From assembly GCA_015522685.1 (NCBI GenBank), contig WALU01000038.1, positions 1 through 56,399 on the forward strand: a DNA stretch of 56,399 nt, written 5' to 3'. The DNA comes from Thermoproteota archaeon. GTDB taxonomy: Archaea; Korarchaeota; Korarchaeia; Korarchaeales; Korarchaeaceae. Each line of letters starts with the position of its first letter. Position 1 is the stretch's first letter. This document shows, piece by piece, positions 28,497-37,853 of the stretch. Position numbers and translations under genes: made by a program. The notes beneath the pieces were generated by a model. The model made no database searches, had not been told where the DNA came from, and was given only the letters and a program-made list of their open reading frames with translations.

Positions 28497-29292
28497 GAAA
28501 TCTCAGGAGACTCTTCCTCTCTAGAACTCCTACAACCTTATCATCCTGTTTAACTACAGGAATTCCTGGAAGACCCGATTCTAAGAAGATCTCCTTAGCT
28601 GAATCTATTGATGCGTAGTACTCTAGTTTCTTTGGGGATTCTGTCATTACGTCCTCCACAACTATTCTCCTAACGACATTATCCATATAAATAGGATCGA
28701 CATTCTCTCTAACGTCAAGAAAAGCCTTAGCCAAATTCTTCTCTGTAATGAGACCAGTTAATCTACTTGACTCTACTGCAGGAAGTACTCTAATCCCTCT
28801 TTCTAGCATAATGCTTCTGGCATAAACTATTCTCTCATTAGGCATTATCTTGGGATACCCTTCCTTAACTAGCTCCTTTATACTACTATCAGAGTTAATG
28901 AGCTTGATGACGTCGGTTTCTGTTAATATACCTATAGGCTTATTCTCACCATCTACTACTGGTAAAGAGCCTATCTCCTTCTCTATCATTGTACTAATTG
29001 CTTCTATAATTGGAAAATCTGAATTTATTATAATGGGAGGCTCTGTCATTAGTGCACTAACATAAATCCTTCTGGCAGGAATTCTCTGGAATCTAGAGGA
29101 TCCCAAGCCATCCATTATATCTCTCATACTTAGTACTCCAACTATTCTCCCGCCTGTCGTAACTATCAAATGATTGATATCGTTCTTCTCCATTAATTCA
29201 AAGGCAGCTTTTACTGTTTCTCCCTTATCTACTGAAATCACATGTCTGGTCATAAATTCAGAAGCTTTTCTGCTATTAGGCATTAGCAGCAC
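28489..29292 (-). CDS. Four-CBS-domain protein
   Basis: Four CBS repeats (e.g. IGSLPVV..IGILTETD). Confidence 0.9.
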   Translation of the reverse strand: MLLMPNSRKASEFMTRHVISVDKGETVKAAFELMEKNDINHLIVTTGGRIVGVLSMRDIMDGLGSSRFQRIPARRIYVSALMTEPPIIINSDFPIIEAISTMIEKEIGSLPVVDGENKPIGILTETDVIKLINSDSSIKELVKEGYPKIMPNERIVYARSIMLERGIRVLPAVESSRLTGLITEKNLAKAFLDVRENVDPIYMDNVVRRIVVEDVMTESPKKLEYYASIDSAKEIFLESGLPGIPVVKQDDKVVGVLERKSLLRFLR

Positions 29293-30094
29293 CTCTCACG
29301 ATATCTTCTTTATCTATAATTCCTACAAGCTCTCCCTTATCAAATACTGGTATGACACTTACCTGCCACTCTATCATGAATCTTGCGGCCTTAGCAGCAT
29401 CCTCTTCAGGGTTTAGTTTAACTCTAATTTCTTTCATTATATGCTGGGCTGATTCTACCTTTGCATCTCTATTCATTCTACCAGTCCTAGATGGGATTAG
29501 TACATATCTTTTGGCTAAATTAGGTTCCCATAGAGCTATATCTCCCTCCGTAATCAACCCTAAGTAATTACCATTGAAACCAACGATTAAGGCCCTATTT
29601 CCCTTCGTAATAAGCTTAGCTACTTTTTTTAGGTTTGTATTAGGAGATATAACCCTAAATTTATTGGTCATAAGGCCATTGATCTTGAATTTACCTCTCA
29701 GCTCCTCTGAGAAGTATCTTGATATATCTGTTTCTGTTAATATACCTATCAGAGCTGAATCTCTAACTACAGGCAAGCCACCGATATTCTTATTGCTCAT
29801 AATTCTGGCAGCTGTAGAAACAGATTCCTCAGGGCTTATTGTAATAGGATTCCTCGTCATGAACCTATCCACTAGAGAATTCTCAGGATTTCTCCACCTC
29901 CATGGAGCACCTCTCCTAGCTAATACTCTAGCTATGTCAATGGCTGTTATAACTCCAATTACTTCTCTCCCATTTGTAATGACCAATCTCCTAACTTTCC
30001 TTTCCAACATCAGATTTCGAGCTCTTCCTAAAGTATCTTGAGGGGTCACAGTAACAACATCAGTAGTCATATACTCCCTAACTTTTGCTCCCAA
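29276..30094 (-). CDS. Four-CBS-domain protein
   Basis: Four CBS repeats (e.g. IGGLPVV..GILTETD). Confidence 0.9.
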   Translation of the reverse strand: MGAKVREYMTTDVVTVTPQDTLGRARNLMLERKVRRLVITNGREVIGVITAIDIARVLARRGAPWRWRNPENSLVDRFMTRNPITISPEESVSTAARIMSNKNIGGLPVVRDSALIGILTETDISRYFSEELRGKFKINGLMTNKFRVISPNTNLKKVAKLITKGNRALIVGFNGNYLGLITEGDIALWEPNLAKRYVLIPSRTGRMNRDAKVESAQHIMKEIRVKLNPEEDAAKAARFMIEWQVSVIPVFDKGELVGIIDKEDIVRGAANA

Positions 30095-30106
30095 GTAAGT
30101 CCCCCA

Positions 30107-30604
30107 TCATATAAGGCTCCAGCCCTTCTTAGATTTAGCTAATCTTAATTTCTCAGATAGTATGAACCATATATGGGGAGCCACTTTTAGCACATCTCTG
30201 GATGAAACTATGCCCACCACATTCTTATTAGAATTTACAATTATCAATCTCCTCACATTATGATCTACCATTACCCTAGCTGCCTCATCTATGTCAGCAT
30301 TATCTCTCATCACAATAGGCTCCTTCGTCATAACTTCCTCTACCTTAACTTCATCCGGTTTTCTTCCATCCTCCTTTGCTATATACCTTGAAATAAGATC
30401 CCTCTCAGTTACTATTCCTCTTAACTTCCCCTCCTCCATTATGACAATGGAGCCTATGTTATATTCGCTCATGAGTTTTGCTGCTTTGTAAACGGTATCT
30501 TGAGGGGTCACAGTAATGAGGTTCCTATTCATTATCTCAGATACCTTCAACTGTATTCTCGGTTCCTCGCCCTTTTCAGGAATCAATGACCACATAATAA
30601 TCAC
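30107..30604 (-). CDS. CBS-pair protein
   Basis: IGSIVIM..GIVTERD, VRRLIIV..GIVSSRD. Confidence 0.92.
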   Translation of the reverse strand: MIIMWSLIPEKGEEPRIQLKVSEIMNRNLITVTPQDTVYKAAKLMSEYNIGSIVIMEEGKLRGIVTERDLISRYIAKEDGRKPDEVKVEEVMTKEPIVMRDNADIDEAARVMVDHNVRRLIIVNSNKNVVGIVSSRDVLKVAPHIWFILSEKLRLAKSKKGWSLI

Positions 30605-32511
30605 TCCATAACATCCACTTTTCCTGGAGGCATCATTCTCAATATATCATCCAAGTTTATGTCTGGCTTCGCTGAGACATCAGATGCCTCATCTATTTTA
30701 ATGTTTTTGCGGAGCCAAGCTTCCATTCTATTTTTTAACATTTTAGCGGTCTCCTCCTTACCTAAAGAACCGGGCCTTAAACAGATTGAGTAGAGAAATG
30801 GAACACCAGCTGGTGCAGAAGTTAGCTTTACACCATCAGGTATCTCCTGGAATCCAATACATATCTCTAGCTTTACCCTAAGATAATTCCTTTTTCCTGC
30901 AATGTAGAAACTTCCCTTCGGTAGATACATTCCAGAAGGGGCATGCTTTGATACTTGCTCTCCTCTAACATAATAAACATCAGCAGATATTAACCCTTCT
31001 CTCCAAGCCCTAGAGAAAGATGCTGCAGCTGTAGCAGCCTGATAGATTGAATCATTATCTGGCTTCTTTCCATCAATCTTCAATATCACTACGGATCCTC
31101 CTGGCATATCTACATGAAAAAACAAATCATCCTCATCTAAATACTTTGATACTATCTCAGAGTTGCTCTGGGAATCCCTACCTGCTATCACGAGCAATCC
31201 TGATGGTGTGAAAAACCATCTAAACCTTTCATACCACTTTAGTTTTTTCCTTTCAACTGGCTTTCTATTGATTTGTAGCTCCTTGATTTCTTTCTCTAAT
31301 TTTTCTAGCTTAATTCTTAGGGATGAAATTGCTTCTCTCATTCTCTCGTACTTTTCTCTTAACTTCTTCGCTTTTGCATAATAATCAGATGCATTACTGG
31401 CTGCAGACCTAAGAAAGTCTAACTTTATCTCCTTGTTATCAAGCAAGATATATATAATTCCAGATTTCCTATCAATTTTCCTTATGATCGGTGAGAGCTT
31501 ACCCTCCTTAGCATCCTTTATGGTCCTGCTGATAGAATCTAAATAGAGATATATTAGATCACCTATGGATTTTAGCTCGTCCGATTTTTCCTTATATTCC
31601 TCCCTTAAATTCTCTTGTCTCTCTATCTCCTTCCTAAGTGATACAATACGAGGATCTTCAGGTACCTTCATCTCTTGTGAGATATAATAGAGCTGAATCG
31701 CTTTAGAGAGGGTTCTAATTCTTTTTATCTCTTCAGATAAACTCCTTAGCGGGAATACCGAGAAGTTATCTACTAGATCTCCCTTAACATATACTACTGG
31801 CTCTGCTTTTCTACTAACTAAATCATATATAACATGAGCTATGTCATTGATAGCTTCTCTATGATTCTTTAGACTATCCCTTAGATTCAAATTCAAATCT
31901 AAAGCTATTTCATCTAGATATGGAGGCCCTATCCCAAACAATTCAACCAAAGATCTCCAGATGGGTTTTTGGAGATATTCTTCAGAGGATAAATACTCTT
32001 CTACTTTTGAGGACGACCATTCATCTAACACCGGCTCTTCTTTCGGAGGCTTATAGATCTCACCGACTTTCAAAGTTCTCCCTTTATATTTCGCCCTCCT
32101 CAATAGCGAAATTATCTTATTAGTATCTTCTGCCAGTAGAATATTCCCTCCCCCAAATAGCTCCAAGATCAGCTTCAGAGAGGACTCCTTTCCAATAAGT
32201 TCTAAGGTTAGAATACGCTCCATCCCAATCTGACTAATATATGAAACTCTCTTGCCTTCTAAATGCTTTCTGAGGGACATAACAAAAGGAGGAGGAACTT
32301 CAGGTTTCTTCCATTTGAGATCTGTAAGGAAAACGAATCCATTAATATCCACTACAAGTTCTCTACAACCATTAACCTCCGGATAGAAAATGAAGGAGAA
32401 GGTATGACCATTCATTGAATAGACTTTTTTCACAATCCTCCCCTCTAGAGAGAAGAGTTCTCTAGCTAGGTGCCTAATATCAAGGCCGGTGAGCTTTCTC
32501 TTTCTTCCCAT
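30601..32511 (-). CDS. rqcH: Ribosome quality control factor Rqc2/NEMF (RqcH)
   Basis: NFACT-N (FVMSLRKHL, ERIL, ELFGGGN), coiled coil, NFACT-R (WYERFRWF..AGRD..N, FHVD, PSGMYLPKGSF). Confidence 0.93.
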   Translation of the reverse strand: MGRKRKLTGLDIRHLARELFSLEGRIVKKVYSMNGHTFSFIFYPEVNGCRELVVDINGFVFLTDLKWKKPEVPPPFVMSLRKHLEGKRVSYISQIGMERILTLELIGKESSLKLILELFGGGNILLAEDTNKIISLLRRAKYKGRTLKVGEIYKPPKEEPVLDEWSSSKVEEYLSSEEYLQKPIWRSLVELFGIGPPYLDEIALDLNLNLRDSLKNHREAINDIAHVIYDLVSRKAEPVVYVKGDLVDNFSVFPLRSLSEEIKRIRTLSKAIQLYYISQEMKVPEDPRIVSLRKEIERQENLREEYKEKSDELKSIGDLIYLYLDSISRTIKDAKEGKLSPIIRKIDRKSGIIYILLDNKEIKLDFLRSAASNASDYYAKAKKLREKYERMREAISSLRIKLEKLEKEIKELQINRKPVERKKLKWYERFRWFFTPSGLLVIAGRDSQSNSEIVSKYLDEDDLFFHVDMPGGSVVILKIDGKKPDNDSIYQAATAAASFSRAWREGLISADVYYVRGEQVSKHAPSGMYLPKGSFYIAGKRNYLRVKLEICIGFQEIPDGVKLTSAPAGVPFLYSICLRPGSLGKEETAKMLKNRMEAWLRKNIKIDEASDVSAKPDINLDDILRMMPPGKVDVME

Positions 32512-32564
32512 GCTAACCTATTAGAACTCCAGCTCAGTTTATATATTCAATTAGTGATTGGAGC

Positions 32565-33440
32565 ATGATGGAAGCAAGGCATAAAGTCTATTACTTCAGG
32601 GTAATAATCTCTTCATTAGCTGGGCTAGTAAGCGGTCTAGCAGGCCTACCCTCAATAGAAGGGCTTAGTCTATTTCTTTTAATTTACTTTCTAGTGACCC
32701 CAATCTCATTGAGGCTGTGGGGAGATGAGCTTAAGGATACTGGACTCGTGAAGCTATACAAAGAGGCAATAGGTTCTTCATTTCTAGCTTTCCTCCTTAT
32801 TTGGGTGTTAGTGGCAAATCTAATGGGGATGGGAGTATCAATATATTTGGTAAGAGCATCTAGTAGCGGCATTTACCCTATACAAACACTAGACGGCAGG
32901 ATCATAGGTCCCAATGAAAGGCCGTTTGCTGGCTATAATGTAATCTTCCTGAATATATCAAAAGGTAAAATTAAAGGTATATATATCGGCACTTATACTA
33001 AAAAATCTTATGGAATAACCAAACTATATTTAAATAGCACCGAAGTCAAGATATGGGATAATGGCACACTTCTCATAGAAGGTAACTATGCCCTCTCCTC
33101 AGATAGAGATTTAGCGCGGATGAAGAACCTCTTCGGTAATATAACTCTCTACAGAAATGGATCTATAATCCTCGGCAGTACGAAAATAAGAATAGGTGGA
33201 TCAACGAAGCTTATTCTAGGAAATATCACTTTAAACATCTTTTACAATAGTAGAGGTATAATCCATTTAAAATTCATATCCAATATAAATAAGATATCGA
33301 GATATCCCACATCCGTATTTATAAGTTTTGTGAAGGAGAAGAGCAGTTACATCTATGTATTTGATTCTCTGAAGCCCATATGGAAAACTAGAACTGCTAG
33401 AGTAGATGAAAGTTACTTAGTTGTGCTCCCTCTAGGGTGA
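32565..33440 (+). CDS. Membrane protein with EMC6/Rab5ip-like N-terminal 3-TM domain and an extracellular C-terminal domain
   Basis: YFRVIISSLAGLVSGLAGL..EGLSLFLL..IGSSFLAFLLIWVLVAN; many N-x-S/T sequons downstream. Confidence 0.6.
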   Translation: MMEARHKVYYFRVIISSLAGLVSGLAGLPSIEGLSLFLLIYFLVTPISLRLWGDELKDTGLVKLYKEAIGSSFLAFLLIWVLVANLMGMGVSIYLVRASSSGIYPIQTLDGRIIGPNERPFAGYNVIFLNISKGKIKGIYIGTYTKKSYGITKLYLNSTEVKIWDNGTLLIEGNYALSSDRDLARMKNLFGNITLYRNGSIILGSTKIRIGGSTKLILGNITLNIFYNSRGIIHLKFISNINKISRYPTSVFISFVKEKSSYIYVFDSLKPIWKTRTARVDESYLVVLPLG

Positions 33441-33444
33441 TTTT

Positions 33445-33855
33445 TTGGGTAGGAAACTCATAGAGGTCGAAGCAGATATAGGATTTGAAGTTTGGTCAGA
33501 GGACCTGAATAATCTCTTTGAGGAAGCTGCATTATCAATGTATGAGATTATGGTAGATATCGATAAAGTCGAACCGAAAGAAGAGAGATATATCAAGATT
33601 GAGGCAGAAGAAATGGATCTACTGATGCATGACTGGCTTTCAGAGCTACTTTATATCACAGATGTGAAAGGGATTGTGTTCTCAAAGTTTAATGTGATAA
33701 TTAATAACTTCAAGCTAGAGGGAAAAGCATTCGGTGAGCCAGTAAATCGCAAGAAACATAATCCTAAGACAGAGATAAAAGCTGTAACATACCACAGGCT
33801 TAAGGTGAGTAAAGAGAATGGAATTTGGAGAGCTACCGTGATATTAGACATATAA
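33445..33855 (+). CDS. Archease
   Basis: ADIGFEV, LFEEAA, WLSELLY, EIKAVTYH, VILDI. Confidence 0.95.
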   Translation: MGRKLIEVEADIGFEVWSEDLNNLFEEAALSMYEIMVDIDKVEPKEERYIKIEAEEMDLLMHDWLSELLYITDVKGIVFSKFNVIINNFKLEGKAFGEPVNRKKHNPKTEIKAVTYHRLKVSKENGIWRATVILDI

Positions 33856-33979
33856 CTCAGGGGAAGCTAAGCCAGCCAGTAGCAAACCTCATCCTTCACC
33901 AAAGTCTCCTCTTTATTCATGCTAAACTTTAATAAACCTCAAACTTGTTTTGTTTTGGAAAGTTAACGGGGTGTACATA

Positions 33980-34987
33980 ATGCCAAGAAGGCACGGTTCG
34001 CTACAATTCGCTCCAAGAAAGAGGGCAAAAACCCAGAAAGCAGTATTTAGATCGTATCCCGAGCTAGTGGTAGAAAAGCCGGCTCTAGTGGCTTTTCCCG
34101 GTTATAAAGCTGGGATGATCCATGTGCTAATGAGGGAGGACCGGCCAGGTAAGCTAGACATAGGCCAGCTTATTACTTTAGCTTCTACAGTTATAGAGGC
34201 GCCTCCTATAAAGGTAGTAGGAGTAAGATCTTACACAAGCAGCTATTATGGCTTAAAAGCTTTAACTACGGCTCTAAAGATAGATAAAGATAGTATTATA
34301 AGTAGATATTTGACGGTGGGCAATGGCGTCGACAACTGGGATGAAGCCAAGAGTAAATTAGAACATCAGAGGGATAAAGTTAAGGAGGTAAGGATTTTAG
34401 CCTATACAAGGCTTGATTTATCAGGAGTTCATAAGAAAAGGCCTGAATTCGTGGAAATCCCAATAAAAGGGGGATCTATTGAGGAGAGAATGGAATTCTC
34501 CGAGTCTATTGTAGGTTCTCTGATTAAAATCGACCAAGTGTTCAAGAAAGGCCAGCTGGTGGATGTGACTGGTGTTACTAAGGGATACGGTTGGCAGGGA
34601 ATTGTAAGGAGATTCGGTATAGAGTTACTTAGGCACAAAGCGGGTAAGGGTAGATGGAGAGTTGGGAGCCTAGGATCTAGACATCCTCCGTATATTACCT
34701 GGAGAGTTCCTAGGGCAGGACAAACTGGTTATCATAAAAGGACTGAATATAACAAGAGAATTCTCCTGATGGAGGACCTAACTCAAACGAATTCCCTAAA
34801 TATAACCCCAGGTGGGGGCTTTAAGAACTATGGCGTACTCAAAAGTCAATATATCATGGTTTCAGGTTCTATACCTGGGCCAGCAAAGAGATTTATCTTC
34901 GTAAGACACCCAATAAGGCCTAAGTACAATGAGCTTCCCATTCCTGAAATCAGATATGTGAGCTCGATAGGTTGGCTAAAGAGGTGA
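33980..34987 (+). CDS. rpl3: 50S ribosomal protein L3
   Basis: PRRHGSLQFAPRKRA, GYKAGM, VPRAGQTGYHKRTEYNKRI; start set to the ATG at 33980. Confidence 0.97.
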   Translation: MPRRHGSLQFAPRKRAKTQKAVFRSYPELVVEKPALVAFPGYKAGMIHVLMREDRPGKLDIGQLITLASTVIEAPPIKVVGVRSYTSSYYGLKALTTALKIDKDSIISRYLTVGNGVDNWDEAKSKLEHQRDKVKEVRILAYTRLDLSGVHKKRPEFVEIPIKGGSIEERMEFSESIVGSLIKIDQVFKKGQLVDVTGVTKGYGWQGIVRRFGIELLRHKAGKGRWRVGSLGSRHPPYITWRVPRAGQTGYHKRTEYNKRILLMEDLTQTNSLNITPGGGFKNYGVLKSQYIMVSGSIPGPAKRFIFVRHPIRPKYNELPIPEIRYVSSIGWLKR

Positions 34988-34993
34988 TTTTCG

Positions 34994-35782
34994 GTGCCGG
35001 TTTCGGTATTTAACTTAAATGGAGAAAAGGTAAAGGAAATAGAGCTTCCTTCTATATTTGAAATGGAGATCAGACCAGATATAATCAGGAGGGCTTATCT
35101 CTCTCAGCTGACTGCCAGAATTCAGCCCCAAGGTAGGAACCCTCTAGCTGGATTGCGTACGTCTGCTGAATCCTGGGGGGCTGGGCATGGCGTAGCTAGG
35201 GTTCCAAGGTTTAAAGGAAGGGGATATCCAGCTGCAAGTAGGGCAGCTAGAGCGGTTATGGCCGTAGGTGGTGTCAAAACTAAAGTGCCTAGATCTTGGA
35301 AGAGGATTAGAGAAAGGGTAAATAAGAAGGAGAGGAAACTAGCTATACTATCCGCAATAGCGGCAACTAGTAAGATAGAATTAGTTGGTTCTAAGCATAG
35401 AATAGGCGATATAAAGCATATGCCGATAGTCCTCTCTAATGAATTGGAGAATATAAAGAAGACCTCCAAGCTATATACTCTGATGATAAAGCTAGGACTC
35501 GGAGAAGAACTCGATAGGAATAAGAAGAGGTTTGGAAAAATAAGAGCAGGGAGAGGGAAAATGAGAGGAAGAGTAAGGCAAAGGGCAAAAGGACCATTAA
35601 TAATATACTTAAAGGAGGGATCCTACATAAGCAGGGCAGCTAGGAATATACCGGGTGTCGAAGCGGTGGCTTTAAGAAACTTAAGCGTCATACATCTCGC
35701 TCCTGGAGGAGTCCCTGGCAGGCTTACCCTATGGACGGAAGGAGCTCTTAGTTCCTTGGAGGAGGTGATGGGTTTTGCCTAA
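34994..35782 (+). CDS. rpl4: 50S ribosomal protein L4
   Basis: RPDIIRRA, TSAESWGAGHGVARVPR, HLAPGGVPGRLTLWT. Confidence 0.97.
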   Translation: MPVSVFNLNGEKVKEIELPSIFEMEIRPDIIRRAYLSQLTARIQPQGRNPLAGLRTSAESWGAGHGVARVPRFKGRGYPAASRAARAVMAVGGVKTKVPRSWKRIRERVNKKERKLAILSAIAATSKIELVGSKHRIGDIKHMPIVLSNELENIKKTSKLYTLMIKLGLGEELDRNKKRFGKIRAGRGKMRGRVRQRAKGPLIIYLKEGSYISRAARNIPGVEAVALRNLSVIHLAPGGVPGRLTLWTEGALSSLEEVMGFA

Positions 35783-36050
35783 GATATTTGACCCATATAG
35801 AATACTTAGAGCGCCTATATCTACAGAAAAAGCTATAAGAATGATTAATGAAGAGAATAAACTTGCCTTTTATATTGATAGGAGAGCTAATAAAAAGGAG
35901 ATTAAAAAGGCCGTTGAGGAAGCTCTAGATGCTAAGGTTGAAAAGGTATGGACCATCATAACCATAGACGGAAGAAAGAAGGCATATGTGAAGCTAACCC
36001 CTGAATATAGAGCGTCTGATATAGCGGCAAAACTCGGGGTAATAGGGTGA
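35775..36050 (+). CDS. rpl23: 50S ribosomal protein L23
   Basis: TEKA..ENKL, ANKKEIK, GRKKAYVKL. Confidence 0.97.
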   Translation: MPKIFDPYRILRAPISTEKAIRMINEENKLAFYIDRRANKKEIKKAVEEALDAKVEKVWTIITIDGRKKAYVKLTPEYRASDIAAKLGVIG

Positions 36051-36054
36051 TTAT

Positions 36055-36789
36055 ATGGGCAAGCATATACTGGTTCAGAGGAAGGGAAGAGGAGGAATTC
36101 AGTTTAGATCGAGGGGCCATCTTAAGATATCCCCAGTCAGATATCCCCCCAGGCTAGGTTTTGACTCCTTGAAGAAGGGTATAATAAAAGAGATACTTCA
36201 TGAGCCTGGGAGACATACACCTATATCCCTAGTAGAGCTTGAAGATGGGACAAAACTCTACTATGTATCTCCTGAGGGAATATATGAAGGCCAAGAAATG
36301 GAAATAGGACCAGGAGCTCAAATTAAAACGGGAAATGTCCTTCCACTTTCCGAGATTCCAGATGGAACCCTCGTTTCCAATATAGAGATTAGACCTGGAG
36401 ATGGAGGAAAATTGGCCAGAAGAAGCGGAACATACGCTCTTGTCTTTTCGCATGAAGGAGATAGAATCTTACTCAGGCTTCCATCAAGAAAAGAGAAGTT
36501 CGTAGATGCTAGATGTAGAGCCACTATCGGTATAGTCGCTGGAGGAGGAAGAATAGAGAAATCTTTCATGAAGGCAGGTTTGAAATATTATCATGAAAGG
36601 ATGCATCCAAAGAGATGGCCGGTAGTTAGGGGTGTCGCTATGAGCTCAGTGAGTCATCCACATGGAGGTGGTTCTCATAAGAGACCAGGTAAGCCCACTA
36701 CTGTGGCTAGAACTGCTCCACCAGGACAGAAAGTCGGACATATCGCAGCAAAGAAGACTGGAAGGGCAAAGAGGAGAACTATCCCATAA
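36055..36789 (+). CDS. rpl2: 50S ribosomal protein L2
   Basis: MGKHILVQRKGRG, HEPGR, WPVVRGVAM..HPHGGG. Confidence 0.97.
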   Translation: MGKHILVQRKGRGGIQFRSRGHLKISPVRYPPRLGFDSLKKGIIKEILHEPGRHTPISLVELEDGTKLYYVSPEGIYEGQEMEIGPGAQIKTGNVLPLSEIPDGTLVSNIEIRPGDGGKLARRSGTYALVFSHEGDRILLRLPSRKEKFVDARCRATIGIVAGGGRIEKSFMKAGLKYYHERMHPKRWPVVRGVAMSSVSHPHGGGSHKRPGKPTTVARTAPPGQKVGHIAAKKTGRAKRRTIP

Positions 36790-36833
36790 ATGATCAATTT
36801 TTAAGTCTCTATGTTAATATATGGTGATAAAGC

Positions 36834-37232
36834 ATGTCGTCTAGAGAGTTCAGATACAGAGGATATACCCTTAAAGACCTTCAGAATATGGCTTTAGATG
36901 AATTAGCTAATATAATGCCGGCTAGAATTAGGAGAACTTTAAGAAGGGGCCTTTCTCCTGAGAATAAAAGATTTCTAGAGAAAATTAGAAAATATAAAAG
37001 CAAGGGTATAGATAAAGTTATTCGAACGCACAGAAGGGATATGCCGGTCCTACCAGAGATGGTAGGATCTAAGATAGCTGTTCATAATGGAAAAGAATTT
37101 GTGGAGATAACTATAATGCCTGAGATGATAGGTCATTACTTAGGAGAATTTGCGATGACAAATAGAATAGTGAGGCATGGAAAACCAGGTAAAGGAGCAA
37201 CTAGATCTAGCAAATTCGTGCCACTTAAGTGA
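36834..37232 (+). CDS. rps19: 30S ribosomal protein S19
   Basis: [29 protein letters not shown]. Confidence 0.97.
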   Translation: MSSREFRYRGYTLKDLQNMALDELANIMPARIRRTLRRGLSPENKRFLEKIRKYKSKGIDKVIRTHRRDMPVLPEMVGSKIAVHNGKEFVEITIMPEMIGHYLGEFAMTNRIVRHGKPGKGATRSSKFVPLK

Positions 37233-37300
37233 GCAACTATACTTACTTATAATTTTTCCATCCTATTTTTATAATGCTCATTTTAAGCTTTAGCTAGGGG

Positions 37301-37387
37301 GCCGGGGTGGCCGAGCCAGGACCAAGGTGCCCGCCTTGAGAGCGGGTGGCCCTTCGGGCCGCGAGGGTTCAAATCCCTCCCCCGGCG
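37301..37387 (+). tRNA. tRNA-Ser(TGA)
   Basis: Anticodon arm CCCGC-CTTGAGA-GCGGG, variable arm GGCCC-TTC-GGGCC, G discriminator. Confidence 0.95.
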
Positions 37388-37476
37388 TAGTCATATTCTT
37401 GTATAACTTCTTTTTTTTACTAAACCAAATTTTGAAAAATTCATTAGCAATAAGAAATAGGGACCCAATCTAAGTA

Positions 37477-37794
37477 CTAAGTAGTTAGCATAATAATACT
37501 TATCTTGACATCCTCCGGCAAAGTCATTCCCATAATGCTCCTTATGTACCTCTCATCAGGATTCGGTATATCAATAATCCTCTTATGAATCCTCAGCTCA
37601 TACTTATCAAATTTATTTATTCCCTCCCCAGATGGATTTCTCAATGTGGTTATCCTCAGCTTTTTCGTTGGTAGAGGTATAGGCCCCTTAACCCTTACTC
37701 CCATTTTTTCAGCTATCTCTTTAAACATATTGCTTACCTGATCTAGGCTCCTTGGATTACTACTGACCATCTCTATCCTCAAAACTTCAGTCAT
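37477..37794 (-). CDS. rps10: 30S ribosomal protein S10
   Basis: GPIPLPTK, PSGEG, ELRIHKRIID; downstream of EF-1alpha. Confidence 0.97.
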   Translation of the reverse strand: MTEVLRIEMVSSNPRSLDQVSNMFKEIAEKMGVRVKGPIPLPTKKLRITTLRNPSGEGINKFDKYELRIHKRIIDIPNPDERYIRSIMGMTLPEDVKISIIMLTT

Positions 37795-37853
37795 ATGCTG
37801 TCACCGTCTCATATTACTGTCTCATATTGAGAAATAAAGAAAGAGAGGAAAGT

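Noticed and set aside
37301-37387. Selenocysteine or suppressor tRNA because of TGA in the anticodon loop
   Set aside because: Anticodon UGA reads UCA (Ser); tRNA-Sec would have anticodon UCA and an extended acceptor stem.
37806-37832. GTCTCATATT direct repeat and small hairpin between tuf and rps10
   Set aside because: Only two 10-bp copies; too little evidence for function.
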